From Mobula hypostoma (lineage: Eukaryota): a stretch of DNA of 64,000 nucleotides. Of this stretch, positions 54,106-64,000 are shown piece after piece (position 1 is the stretch's first letter; each line of letters starts with the position of its first letter). Under the pieces are notes generated by a model. The model saw only the letters and a program-made list of their open reading frames with translations, was not told the origin of the DNA and did no database searches. The translations under genes and the position numbers were made by a program. The stretch spans positions 115,694,001-115,758,000 of the forward strand of contig NC_086107.1 of the NCBI RefSeq assembly GCF_963921235.1, read 5' to 3'.

Positions 54106-57100
54106 ACATCCATGAACCCATGAATCTATCTCACTATTCCTTTTTTTGCACTATTTGTACTCTTTAGTAATTGTACAACTGCCAAGAAACAAAAAATTTC
54201 ACAACATTTTAACCAGTGTTAATAACTTGGCACCCGCTCCATAAGACAAAGGAGCAGAAGTCCACTTAATCACATCCCTCCTATCGCAGGCGGACCTGTA
54301 CTAAACACAACGCTCAAAGTACGACTCTCCGAAGTCTTGAACAAGTGTAACATAATGTTCTGAGCACTAGAACCAGTGCCCTGACTGACACACAAGCTAG
54401 TGAGCCAAACATAGAAACAGGCCATTCGGGTTTGGGCCAGGGTTCTATCCCACTGACTATTAAATTCATCTATCACATTTACTGTACATCGACACATACT
54501 GTGAAATGCATCATTTGCATCAACACCCAACGATGTGCTGGGGCAGCCTGCAAGTGCCACCACACATCCCGGTGCCAACAGGTCACACCCAGAGTGCTTG
54601 TCAGAACATAACAAATCACCGGAAGCAACAAAGCAACAACACTGATACATATATTCAAGCAGAAATGTTTACTCCTGCTGCACGGTGGGGGTTCAAACTT
54701 GAGTTACAGGGGGATGGGAACCGGAGGGCCAGAACAGTTAGTGGAGAGGTTGTAGGGATGATGTTGGTAAGACATCAGACAAAGTCAGGAAGCAAAAGGT
54801 TGAGCGTTGTGCGACTAGTGTCCTGAGCTGCAAATATTTCAACGTAAGAAGTATTGTAGGGAAGGCGGATGAGCTCGGGGCACAGATCAACACCTGAAAT
54901 TATGACGTTGTAGTCATCAGTGAGGCTTGGTTGCAGGAGGGGCAGGGGGGCAGCTCAATATTCTGGGGTTCTGTTGTTGTAGACGTGACAGCGCGGGAGG
55001 GATTAGAGGAGGAGGGGATGGCGTTACTAGTCAGGAAACATGTCACAGCACTGCTCAGTCAGGACAGATGGGAGAGCTTTATGGGTGAAACTGAGGAATA
55101 AGAAAGGTATGACCACATTAATGGGACTATATTACAGACTACCCAACAGTCTGAGGGATTTACAGGAACAAATTTGTAAAGAGATCACAGACTGCTGCAA
55201 GAAACATAAGGTTGTTATAGTAGGTGGTTTTCGGCTTTCCACGTGTTAACTGGGAATCCCACGCTGTAAAAGGACTAGATGGGATAGAGTTTGTCAAATG
55301 TCTTCAGGAAAGTTTCTTTCATCACTACGTAGAAATCCCAGTGTGCGATACTGGAACTGCTGTCAGTGAATGAGACAGGGCAGGCGACAGAAGTTTGAGT
55401 AGGGGAACGCTTTGCATCCAGTGACCACAATGCCATTAGTTTCAAAGTGAATATGCAAAATGTTAGGTCTACCTGAAGATTTGATTACTACTCTGCGAAC
55501 TCTGTTCCAGAGATGCCTACCCTGAAGAATTTAAATCTTCCCTTCGACAGGAGTTCAGTGAAACCCTCCCTCGCCACTCCCCGACTCTGACCAAGTGCTT
55601 CCCAGACCCGCTACTACAGCCATGTATCCTGCCTGGGGCCATGACTTCTCCGCCGATTTAAACCGCACCGTTGCCGCTCGATTCGGACCCAGGCACTCAC
55701 ATTCCATTGACTGCTTCTCCCACCGCGCTCTGAGCACCAGGCTTTCCGCCATGTCACTTCCACAACCCCGGGATTCCCTCTCCGCCGCCTTTAGCTTCTT
55801 CATGCTCCACTGGATCCACGACTTTAATCGCCGGTTCTTTGACTTTCTCACGTCCTGCGATGATCGGGAGATCGCCCGTCTACACACCACAGATCCTGGC
55901 CGACTCCAACGCCGTCAGGCCCGGACGTCCCGAGACCGCGATCCCTGCCGCTGGCTCCAGCGGTCCAGAGCAGATTCTAAACCCGGACTCCGCCGCCATC
56001 ACTGCAGGCTCCAGCGAGCTCGGACACCTCCAAAGTGCCGATTGCACAACCACCAACTCCAGCTCTGGCCATGACCTCCCGGTTGGGTCTTCACACGCTG
56101 CCGCTGGAACCCCCGTCTCCCCTTCCCCAACCACCACTCCACAATCCCGTGTCTCTCAGGTCCCACCGCCAGCTCCTGGTCCTTGGAGACTCCATCTTTC
56201 TCTCACCCCACCATCCCTGAACACCCCAAACCCCCCTTCCTCTCTGACCCTTCCAACCCCCTTCCCCTCTGACCCTTCCAACCCCCCCTTCCAGTAATAG
56301 TGTAGTGTAGGCTATGCCTGTCTGTTTGTCGGTTACGTGGAACAAGCCTACACTAGTGACCGTCCCACACTTTTCCTGCACTACATCAATGACTGCACTG
56401 GTGCTGCTTCCTGCATCCATGCTGAACTCGTCAATTTCATCCACTTTGCCTCCAACTTCCACCTGACCCTCAAATTCACCTCCGACGCTTCCCCTCCCTT
56501 TCTGGATCTCCCTGTCTCTATCTCTGGAGACAGCTTATCCACCGATGTCTATTGTAAACCAACAGACTCTCACCGCTACCTGGACTGTACTTCGTCCCAC
56601 ATTGCTACTTGTGAAACCACCATCCCCTTCTCTCAATTCCTCCATCTCCATCGCATGGTGCTCTGTCTCACCAATCAACTTTCTGCTCTCAGGCCGAGGC
56701 TGTTCATTCTAGAATGAAGATGTCCTCCTTTTTCAAAGAAAGGGGCTTCCCTTCCTCCACCATCATTGCTGCCCTCAACCGCATCTCTTCCACTTCACGC
56801 ACACCTGCTCATACCCCATCCTCCCGCCACCTACCACCTCACCAGCTTCCACATCCAGCACATAATTCTCCGAAACTTCCGCCACCTCCAACGATCCCAC
56901 CACCAAACACATCTTTCGGTCCCCCCACTTTCTGCTTTCCGTCAGGATCGATTCTTACGTGACCCCCTTGTCCACTTGTCCCTCCCCACTGATCTCCCTC
57001 CTGGCACTTATCCTTGCAAGTTGAACAAGTGCTACACCTGCCCCTACACCTCCTACATCACTACCATTCAGGGCCCCAGACAGTCCTTCCAGGTGAGGCG

Positions 57101-57527
57101 ACACTTCACCTGCGAGTCTGTTGGGGTCTTTTACTGTGTTCAGTGCTCCCGGTGTGGCCTCCTGTGTATCAGTGAGACCTGACGTAGATTGGGAGACCGC
57201 TTCACCGAACATCTACACTCCGTCCGCCTGAACAAGTGGGATCTCCCAGTGGCCACCCATTTTAATTCCACTTCCCATTCCCATTCCGACATGTCCTTCC
57301 ACGGCCTCCTCCACTGTCGTGATAAGGCCACACTTAGGTTGGAGGAACAACACCTTATATTCTGTTTGGGTAGCTTCCAACCTGGCGGCCTGAAAATTAA
57401 CTTCTCAAACTTCCTGTAATGTCTCACTATTTCTGATTCCCGTGTCCCTCTCTCATGTTATCTCCTTGCCCGCCCATTGCCTCCCCACCCTTTTTTTCCT
57501 TCTATGGCCTTCTGCCACACCAACCAA

Positions 57528-58285
57528 CTTTCTTTCCTTCCTTTTTCAATCTTTTTATTAGTTTCATAGATTATAAACATAACATCGCAATAATACAAAG
57601 TTGTTGGGAATACATTGTTATACTTAACATGAGTAATTATAAAACCAAATAGTATTTAATTGACAAAACTCCCAATCATGTAGGATACCAATAAATAATA
57701 CAGGACAAAAAGAAAATATCTAGACAAAAATCATGAAAAAAAATTTAAAAAAATAAAACCCCCTCAAAAAAAAATTAATCTAAACAGAATTGATCAACTA
57801 AACTAAAAAAAAAAGATCTGGGCAATTTTAACAACGTGAAAATGGGAGAAAAGAAAACCTTAGTGTCGATGACTCCATTCCTCTCCACCAACACGACAGA
57901 GAGGTAAAATAAGTTTGGAAAAGGTCAAATTACATCATATGAAAATGCTGAATAAATGGCCTCCAAGTCTTTTCGAATTTAATGGAATAAACCACACTTC
58001 TAATTTTTTCCAAATTTAATCACAACATAGTTTGTGAAAACCAGTGAAATATAGTGGGGGGGGGGAATAATCTCTTTCCAATTCAGCAAAATGGATCTTC
58101 TAGCCATTAAGGTAAGAAATGCAATCATCCGATGAGCTGAAGAGGTTAAATGATTTGATTCTATCATTGGTAACCCAAAAATAGCAGTGATTGGGTGAGG
58201 TTGTAAGTCTGTACTCAACACAGTTGAAATAATATCAAAAATATCTTTCCTATATTTTTCCAACAAGGGACATGAGCAAATTGGA
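57528..58285 (-). mobile_element. L1/Tx1-like LINE 3' fragment
   Basis: AFLTLMARRSILLNWK C-terminal motif, long AT-rich 3' UTR, AATAAA plus A-rich tail on the minus strand. Confidence 0.7.
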
Positions 58286-58289
58286 GGAT

Positions 58290-59286
58290 TGTGACTAGTC
58301 ATGTCCCACAAGGATCTGTTCTGGGACCTCTACTTTTCGTGATTTTTATTAACGACCTGGATGTGGGGGTAGAAGGGTGGGTTGGCAAGTTTGCAGATGA
58401 CACAAAGGTTGGTGGTGTTGTAGATAGTGTAGAGGATTGTTGAAGATTGCAGAGAGACATTGATAGGATGCAGAAGTGGGCTGAGAAGTGGCAGATGGAG
58501 TTCAACCCGGAGAAGTGTGAGGTGGTACACTTTGGAAGGACAAACTCCAAGGCAGAGTACAAAGTAAATGGCAGGATACTTGGTAGTGTGGAGGAGCAGA
58601 GGGATCTCGGGGTACATGTCCACAGATCCCTGAAAGTGGCTTCACAGGTGGATAGGGTAGTTAAGAAAGCTTATAGGGTGTTAGCTTTCATAAGTCGAGG
58701 GATAGAGTTTAAGAGTCGCGATGTAATGATGCAGCTCTATAAAACTCTGGTTAGGCCAGACGGAGTACTGTGTCCATTTCTGGTCACCTCACTATAGGAA
58801 GGATGTGGAAGCATTGGAAAGGGTACAGAGGAGATTTACCAGGATGCTGCCTGGTTTAGAGAGTATGCATTATGATCAGAGATTAAGGGAGCTAGGGCTT
58901 TACTCTTTGGAGAGAAGGAGGATGAAAGGAGACATGATAGAGGTGTACAAGATATTAAGAGGAATAGATAGAGTGGATAGCCAGCGCCTCTTCCCCAGGT
59001 CACCACTGCTCAGTACAAGAGGACATGGCTTTAAGGTAAGGGGTGGGAAGTTCAAGGGGGATATTAGAGGAAGGTTTTTTACTCAGAGAGTGGTTGGTGC
59101 GTGGAATGCACTGCCTGAGTCAGTGGTGGAGGCAGATACACTAATGAAGTTTAAGAGACTACTAGACAGGTATATGGAGGAATCTAAGGTGGGGGCTTAT
59201 ATGGGAGGCAGGGTTTGAGGGTCAGCACAACATTGTGGGCCAAAGGGCCTGTACTGTGTTGTACTATTCTATGTTCTATGTTCTAT
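58290..59286 (+). mobile_element. Young CR1 copy
   Basis: [19 protein letters not shown] ... GAYMGGRV, (TTCTATG)n tail. Confidence 0.95.
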
Positions 59287-59966
59287 AAAACATGTGAGTT
59301 AAAGAAACTGTCTTGGAATGAACTTCCTAGCTCTTCGCTTCATCCCTCCCCCTCCAAGTTTCACCCATCACCTTGCGTTTCCCTCTCCCCTCTTCCACCT
59401 TTTAAATCTACTCCTCAGCTTTTTTTTTCTCCAGTCCTGCCGAAGGGTCTTGGCGTGAAATGTTGACTGTACTCTTTTCCATAGATGCTACCTGGCCTGC
59501 TGAGTTCCTCCAGCACTTTGTGTGTGTTGCTCGGATTTCCAGCATCTGCAGATTTGCTTTTCATCTGTGAAAAGGTAGGTCTGGTCTGTGAGCTGAGATA
59601 ATAAATTGGAGAAAGGCCAGTTATAACGGTATCAGAAGGGATTGGCAAGTGTGGATTGGGAGAGGCTGTTTTCTTAACAAAGGCGAGGCCTTCAAAAGCA
59701 GCACTTTCAGAGTAGAAAGGCTGTGTGTGCCTCAAAATAGGATATAAAGATAACAAGTGTAGGGAAACTTGGTTTTCAAGAGATATCGAAGTCCTGATTA
59801 TGAGAAAAAGGGGTGTGTAGCAGGTATGTGCAGGTAGGAACAAACAAGGTGCTTAAGGAGTATAAGAAACAAAGGGAACACTTAAGACAGAAATCAGGAG
59901 GGCTAAAAGAAGGAATGAAATTGCTCTAGCAGACAAGGTGAAGGAGAGTCCTAAGGGGTTCTACAG

Positions 59967-60805
59967 ACATAGAACACAGAACATAGAACATAGAATAGTA
60001 CAGCACAATACAGGCCCTTCAGCCCACAATGTTGTGCCGACCCTAAAACCCTGCCTCCCATATAAACCCCCACCTTAAATTCCTCCATATACCTGTCTAG
60101 TAGTCTCTTAAATTTCGCCAGTGTATCTGCCTCCACCACTGACTCAGGCAGTGCATTCCACACACCAACCACTCTCTGAGTAAAAAACCTTCCTCTAATA
60201 TCCCCCTTGAACCTCCCACCCCTTACCTTAAAGCCATGTCCTCTTGTATTGAGCAGTGGTGCCCTGGGGAAGAGGCGCTGGCTATCTACTCTATCTATTC
60301 CTCTTATTATCTTGTACACCTCTATCATGTCTTCTCTCATCCTCCTTCTCTCCAAAGAGTAAAGCCCTGGCTCCCTTAATCTCTGATCATAATGCATACT
60401 CTCTAGACCAGGCAGCATCCTGGTAAATCTCCTCTGTACCCTTTCCAATGCTTCCACATCCTTCCTATAGTGAAGTGACCAGAACTGGACACAGTACTCC
60501 AAGTGTGGCCTAACCAGAGTTTTATAGAGCTGCATCATTACATCGCGACTCTTAAACTCTATCCCTGGACTTATGAAAGCTAACACCCCATAAGCTTTCT
60601 TAACTACCCTATCCACCTGTGAGGCCACTTTCAGGGATCTGTGGACATGTACCCCGAGATCCCTCTGCTCCTACACACTACCAAGTATCCTGCCATTTAC
60701 TTTGTACTCTGCCTTGGAGTTTGTCCTTCTAAAGTGTACCACCTCACACTTCTCCGGGTTGAACTCCATCTGCCACTTCTCAGCCCACTTCTGCATCCTA
60801 TCAAT
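59967..60805 (-). mobile_element. Young CR1 copy, inverted relative to 58290-59286
   Basis: Near-identical protein ASQVDRVVKKAYGVLAF...YMGGRV; (AGAACAT)n on the + strand. Confidence 0.95.
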
Positions 60806-61444
60806 ATGTTAAGAGCAGAAGGATTGCAAGGGACAAAATTGATCCTCTGGAAGACCAGACTGATAATCCATGTGTGGAGCCAGAACAGATGGGGAGAACT
60901 GTATTTACTCTGAATACAGACACAAAGCCTATAGAAGTGAGGCAAAGCAGCATCAGCTTCATGGACCCTGTACAGATGACAGAGGAGAAGCTTGCTACCC
61001 TGAGGCAGATCAGGATGGATAAGTCCCTGGGGCCTGACAATGCGTTCCCTTGGACCCTGTGGGAGGCAAGTGCAGAAATTGCTGGGGCCATAGCAGAAAT
61101 ATATAAACCATCCTTGGTGATGGGAGGGGTACCGGAGGATTGTAGGATAGTCGACGTTGTTCTACTGTTTTAGAAAGTCTCAAATATAAACCAGGAAATT
61201 TTGGGCTGGTGATTCTGACATAAGTTGTGGGAGAGCAATTGGAAGATTCTAAGGGTCAGGATGTAGAAGTGTTTGGATAGACATAGACTGATTAAGGATA
61301 GTCAGCATGGATTTGTGTGTGCTAAGTAATGTCTAGCCAATCTTACTGTGCTTTACACCCTGGTTCAGAGAAACGTCTCGTTTCCATATATGTTATATGG
61401 TTCTATATATTATATACATGTACATAGTTAAATGCAGTATACAG

Positions 61445-62818
61445 GGTGTCAAGGAGGGGTAGCACCTCTTGTGCGAAGACCTATCGTACCTTCCAAGGTG
61501 GGTCCTCCCCCTCTGGTCATCACCTGAAACTCAGCTCTGACCTGTGGCTCCAAGTAAGCTGTTTGCAGTCGACAGGCTGGCCAAACCAGGTGAGTGTAGC
61601 AATCAGAGTTTTTATTTGAACCTTGGGTCACGTTGGGCTCGTCTACCCAAAGCACTGGATTCGGCGGACTATGCGGAGGAAACCGCCAGCTGGTCCAACG
61701 GGAATGAAGGCATTTCCCTGCACACGTTCTGGAGCGTGAAGAGCACAGTAAAACACGTAGATCACCCTGGTCTTGCACCGCATCCCAACCAGTCTTCTTG
61801 ACTCTCACCTCATCACTGGATGCAGACAGAGTCATAAGAGAGAGCGAGGTTGACGTCCTGCGCAACCCCCCCCCTCACTTTCATGAATCTCATGCGCAAG
61901 TCACGACATTCGAGTCCAGGTCCTGTGGCCGCTGACCCGCACACAGGCAGCTCAGGCCAACGGGTCATTTGTCATTGACCGAATTGACAGCAGCGGTCAG
62001 CAGCCAGCTGAGAGACCGAGCAGCCCTTTTCAGGGCCACACTGCCGAACTCCGCAGCACAAAGAAGGGGTGAGAAAAGGATTGTTTACTTCATTCAGCCC
62101 CGATCAGGAAACCACTGCTGGCAGGGATCTCACTTCAACGATCGAAATCAAGGAAATCGAACAAAAGTGACACCACTCGGAATGGGCACATGGAACATGC
62201 CAACCTTAATGGATGCCACCAAAACACCAAGTCTGTCAGCCCTGAGAGAAGTGGTGCTTTGGTGGAAAGAGAATTGGAGAGGTTCAAGATTAACATCGCA
62301 GCTTTCTCAGAGACTGACCTGGCCAACTAAGGCCTACTGACAGAAGCAGGTGGTGGCTACACATTCTTCTGGAGTGGATGCAGCAGCACCGAACATCGTG
62401 AAGCAGAAGTTGGATTTCCAATCAAGAACCACCTTGTCCGAAAGCTTACCAGTCTGCCAAAAGGATTCAGCAATCATTTAATGACCCTGAGGAACAAACG
62501 TAATGTCACACTGATCGGAACCTGCAGCCCGACGATGACCAACCCAAAGACAAGTTCTATGGAGAGCCTGATTCCCTGAATGAGACTGTGCCAAGGTCAG
62601 ACAAGCTCCTTGTACTTGGAGATTTTGTTGGTCGAGTGGGTAAAGACCACCATACCTGGGATGGAGTCCAGGGGCACCATGGGGCAGGCAAATACAACAG
62701 CAGTCGCCTGTTTCTGAAAACCTGCGTCATACACAACCTGATAATCTCCAACATGGTCTTCTGCCTGCCAAACCGTAACAACACCTCACTCATCCTCACT
62801 CTAAGCACTGGCATCTGA
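61445..62818 (+). mobile_element. RTE-clade LINE 5' portion (5' UTR plus decayed APE)
   Basis: TPLGMGTWNMPTLMD, RELERFKINIAAFSET, GGYTFFWSG, DKLLVLGDFVGRVG. Confidence 0.8.
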
Positions 62819-62819
62819 T

Positions 62820-63190
62820 GGACTCTCCTTGCCTGCCCATCGCCTCCCTCTGGTGCTTCTCCCCCCCTTTTCTTCTCTCCATGGCCTTCTGTCCTCTCTT
62901 GTCAGACTCCCCCTTCTCCAGCCCTGTAACTCTTTCACCAATCAATTTCCCAGCTCTTTACCTCATCTCACCCCCTCCCAGTTTCACCTATCACCTTGTG
63001 TTTTTCTCTCCCGTACCCCTCCACTTTTTAAATTTACTCCTCATCTTTTTTTCTCCAGTCCTGGTGAAGGGCCCCTGCAGGAAACGTGGACTGTATTCTT
63101 TTCCATAGATGCTGCCCGGCCTGCTGAGTTCCTCCAGCATTTTGTGTATGTTGCTTGGGTTTCAAATACCAGTAAACTTTCTCTTGTTTG
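62820..63190 (+). mobile_element. Penelope-like 3' tail / pLTR fragment
   Basis: Same ccagtcctg..gaaggg...gaaac...gactg / ctgctgagttcctccagca tail as 59430-59560. Confidence 0.75.
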
Positions 63191-63480
63191 GTCTGTAAGA
63201 CCCGTTTCTGTACTAAATGGCCATGACAAATGTAGCAAGAAATTTGCAAACTGGGAATGGGGTCAAAGATTAAAATTAGTGTGCATGCAGTTATGCACAG
63301 GAAGTCCAAAGGCAGATTATGGTCTGAGAGAAGAGGGCAAAGTTCAGAGAGTATTTATCAGGAAGGTATTTGGAGTTTACACCCAGGGTCCTAGACAGTG
63401 TCCTCTTGAACACTTTTCACTGCTTCAGTAATAATCAAAGACACCTGATGTTCTCTCTTCTCCCCTCTCCCATCAGACAG

Positions 63481-64000
63481 AACTTTAAACTTTATACTTT
63501 ATTGTCGCCAAACAATTGATACTAGAATGTACAATCATCACAGCAATATTTGATTCTGTGCTTCCTGCTCCCTGGATTACAAATCGATAGTAAATATTAA
63601 AAATTTAAATTATAAATCATAAATAGAAAATAGAAAAATGAAAAGTAAGGTAGTGCAAAAAAACCGAGAGGCAGGTCCGGATATTTGGAGGGTACGGCCC
63701 AGATCCGGGTCAGGATCCGTTCAGCAGTCTTATCACAGTTGGAAAGAAGCTGTTCCCAAATCTGGTCGTACGAGTCTTCAAGCTCCTGAGCCTTCTCCCG
63801 GAGGGAAGAGGGATGAAAAGTCTGTTGGCTGGGTGGGTCGTGTCCTTGATTATCCTGGCAGCACTGCTCCGACAGCGTGCGGTGTAAAGGGAGTCCACGG
63901 ACGGAAGATTGGTCTGTGTGATGTGCTGCGTCGTGTTCACGATCTTCTGCAGCTTCTTCCGGTCTTGGACAGGACAACTTCCATACCAGGTTGTGATGCA
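63481..64000 (-). mobile_element. Rex-Babar 3' fragment, continues past the window end
   Basis: ARIIKDTTHPANRLFIPLPSGRRLRSL...NSFFPTVIRLLN; AATAAA plus (AAAGTT) tail. Confidence 0.88.

Larger units (their letters stand above)
55471..59562 (+). mobile_element. Penelope-like element (Neptune-type; RT plus GIY-YIG), decayed, with nested L1 and CR1
   Basis: FLHYINDC (YIDD-like), PFLDL, VYCKPTD, CKLNKCYTC, FTCESVGVFYCVQCSRCG...ET.RRLGDRFTEH; 3' tail at 59290-59562. Confidence 0.85.
54650..61345 (+). mobile_element. Old CR1 host (54650-55470, 59570-59965, ~60830-61345) disrupted by nested insertions
   Basis: APE motifs YFNVRSI / ISEAW / GGGMALLV; sequence resumes at taggtct-ggtc after the Penelope; DKSLGPD RT-proximal motif. 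Confidence 0.7.

Noticed and set aside
55595..56297. GC-rich ORFs / CpG island suggesting a host gene
   Set aside because: Lies within the 5' part of the Penelope-like element, contiguous with its RT remnants.

Overview
Vertebrate genomic DNA, very probably from a cartilaginous fish (ray or shark). This is an inference from the CR1 / Rex-Babar / Penelope-dominated repeat landscape and the 52-bp satellite. The only host gene is a coronin-1A-like gene on the minus strand. Six coding exons (6246->139) with canonical GT-AG junctions can be resolved to the base, the gene runs off the left edge, and two candidate non-coding first exons/promoters lie at about 22.7-22.9 kb and 24.9-25.1 kb. Four consecutive introns of this gene carry repeats copied from, or abutting, their own splice-site sequence, creating decoy donor/acceptor arrays; one intron is entirely stop-free and in frame. 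Upstream lie a 7.9-kb 30-bp minisatellite, which gives rise to the giant 2580-aa and 2242-aa ORFs, and a full-length but decayed Gmr1-type Ty3/gypsy element (40160-49631). That element has an AAAT target-site duplication, a perfect tRNA-Pro PBS, a SCAN-like Gag and the inverted PR-IN-RT-RH order. The rest is a dense, nested mosaic of decayed CR1, Rex-Babar, Penelope-like, L1-like and RTE LINEs plus a tRNA-derived SINE. TE boundaries are approximate unless a TSD is quoted. No prokaryotic-type system (CRISPR etc.) is present.
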